Shown here: positions 47,281 through 48,488 of the stretch, one piece after another | Numbering within the stretch: the first letter of the stretch is position 1 | Layout of the letters: the number at the start of each line of letters is the position of its first letter | Source: Octopus bimaculoides | Taxonomy: Eukaryota | Length of the DNA stretch: 48,488 nt | Assembly (NCBI RefSeq): GCF_001194135.2 | Contig: NC_068988.1 | Location: 1,332,284 to 1,380,771 of the forward strand | Direction of reading: 5' to 3' | Position numbers and translations under genes: made by a program | Notes under the pieces: generated by a model | The model's input: the letters and a program-made list of their open reading frames with translations, nothing else | The model's database searches: none | What the model was told of the DNA's origin: nothing

Positions 47281-47554
47281 AGGACTGATAGAATAAATAC
47301 TAGGCTTACAAAGTAAAAGTCCTGGGGTCAATTCTTTTGGCTGAGATTCTTCAAGGTGGTGCTCCAGTATGGCTGCAGTTAGATGACTGAAACAAGAATA
47401 AGATGAAAAGTCTGCTTTTCATGTGCATGGCTGTGTGGTTAAGACTGAATGGGTTGGGTTTCAGCCCTTCTGTGTGGCACCTTGGGTTGGTGTCTTGTAG
47501 GTTGTCCAAGGACTTGTGAGTGGATGCAATAGATGGATGATGAAAGAAGTCCAC

Positions 47555-47585
<31 letters not shown>

Positions 47586-47960
47586 TCAAGTGGTGTCCTT
47601 CTGTTTTCAACCTTCTGCTCAAGCGTAGAGAAATATTACCTTGTTTGGAAACAAGGATGGGCAACAGAAAAGAAACGCGACTGCCTTGATGAGTTCCATC
47701 CGACCCATTCCATCCTGGACAAGTAAATGTTAAAAAAGGATGAAGTTGTTTGTATATATGTCCTTAAGAAGGGCAGGCAGCCATAGAAACCATTCCAGAG
47801 TAGACATTGGAACATGACGCAGTTCTCTGACTCATCAGATACTGTCTGTCCATGAAGATAGACATTAAATGGTGATATTGATGATGATGATGAAGATACA
47901 CACACACACACAAACAAACATGTGAGTGTGTGTTTCACAGCTTGGATTTATTTCTTTTAT

Positions 47961-47992
<32 letters not shown>

Positions 47993-48119
47993 CGCAAGTA
48001 TATTAAGAACCAACCTTAACTGTTAGAAATCGTATTTTAGCTTCCTTCATTACAGAAACGGCTCTAGCAATTTAATTTCTATTATGTTTAGCATATCAAG
48101 TTACAGTTAGGTTTCAGAG

Positions 48120-48355
<236 letters not shown>

Positions 48356-48488
48356 AGGTATAGCAAAGCACTAGCCATAGACAGAAACAGAGTAGAGGGT
48401 GAACTAGTTAAGAAGCTAGAAGAGGCAATTAGAAGTGGCATCGCATCCGACGTTTTGGCGGCGAGGTTGGCCCTTGACCAACACTTCA
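48356..48488 (+). mobile_element. Start of an L1/Tx1-like ORF2 fragment running off the window
   Basis: 44 open codons RYSKALAIDRNRVEGELVKKLEEAIRSGIASDVLAARLALDQHF, resembling the helical EN-RT linker; abrupt GC increase. Confidence 0.5.

Overview
AT-rich, repeat-dominated eukaryotic genomic DNA with several N gaps. The repeat landscape is cephalopod/Octopus-like (inference from recalled repeat families, not from a search). Most of the window is microsatellites, at least five tRNA-headed SINE families, 5'-truncated non-LTR retrotransposon ends (RTE, R4/Dong-like, Hero/NeSL-like, L1/Tx1-like), an internally deleted mariner, hAT-type MITEs and Helentron-type elements. No long intact ORF is present and the supplied ORFs are mostly microsatellite or N artefacts. 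A CpG-rich zone at 20.3-20.9 kb with a CAG/AAC-rich exon suggests the 5' end of a minus-strand gene. A chain of short, phase-compatible plus-strand exons (22.7-42.7 kb) may belong to a divergent gene of unknown product; both gene models are tentative. The most notable signal is a short tRNA-headed element whose 3' part reconstructs a Penelope-type minimal hammerhead ribozyme. It occurs four times (two near-complete copies, two tail fragments), once with a Penelope-like inverted 5' duplication and once fused to a LINE ORF1 fragment.
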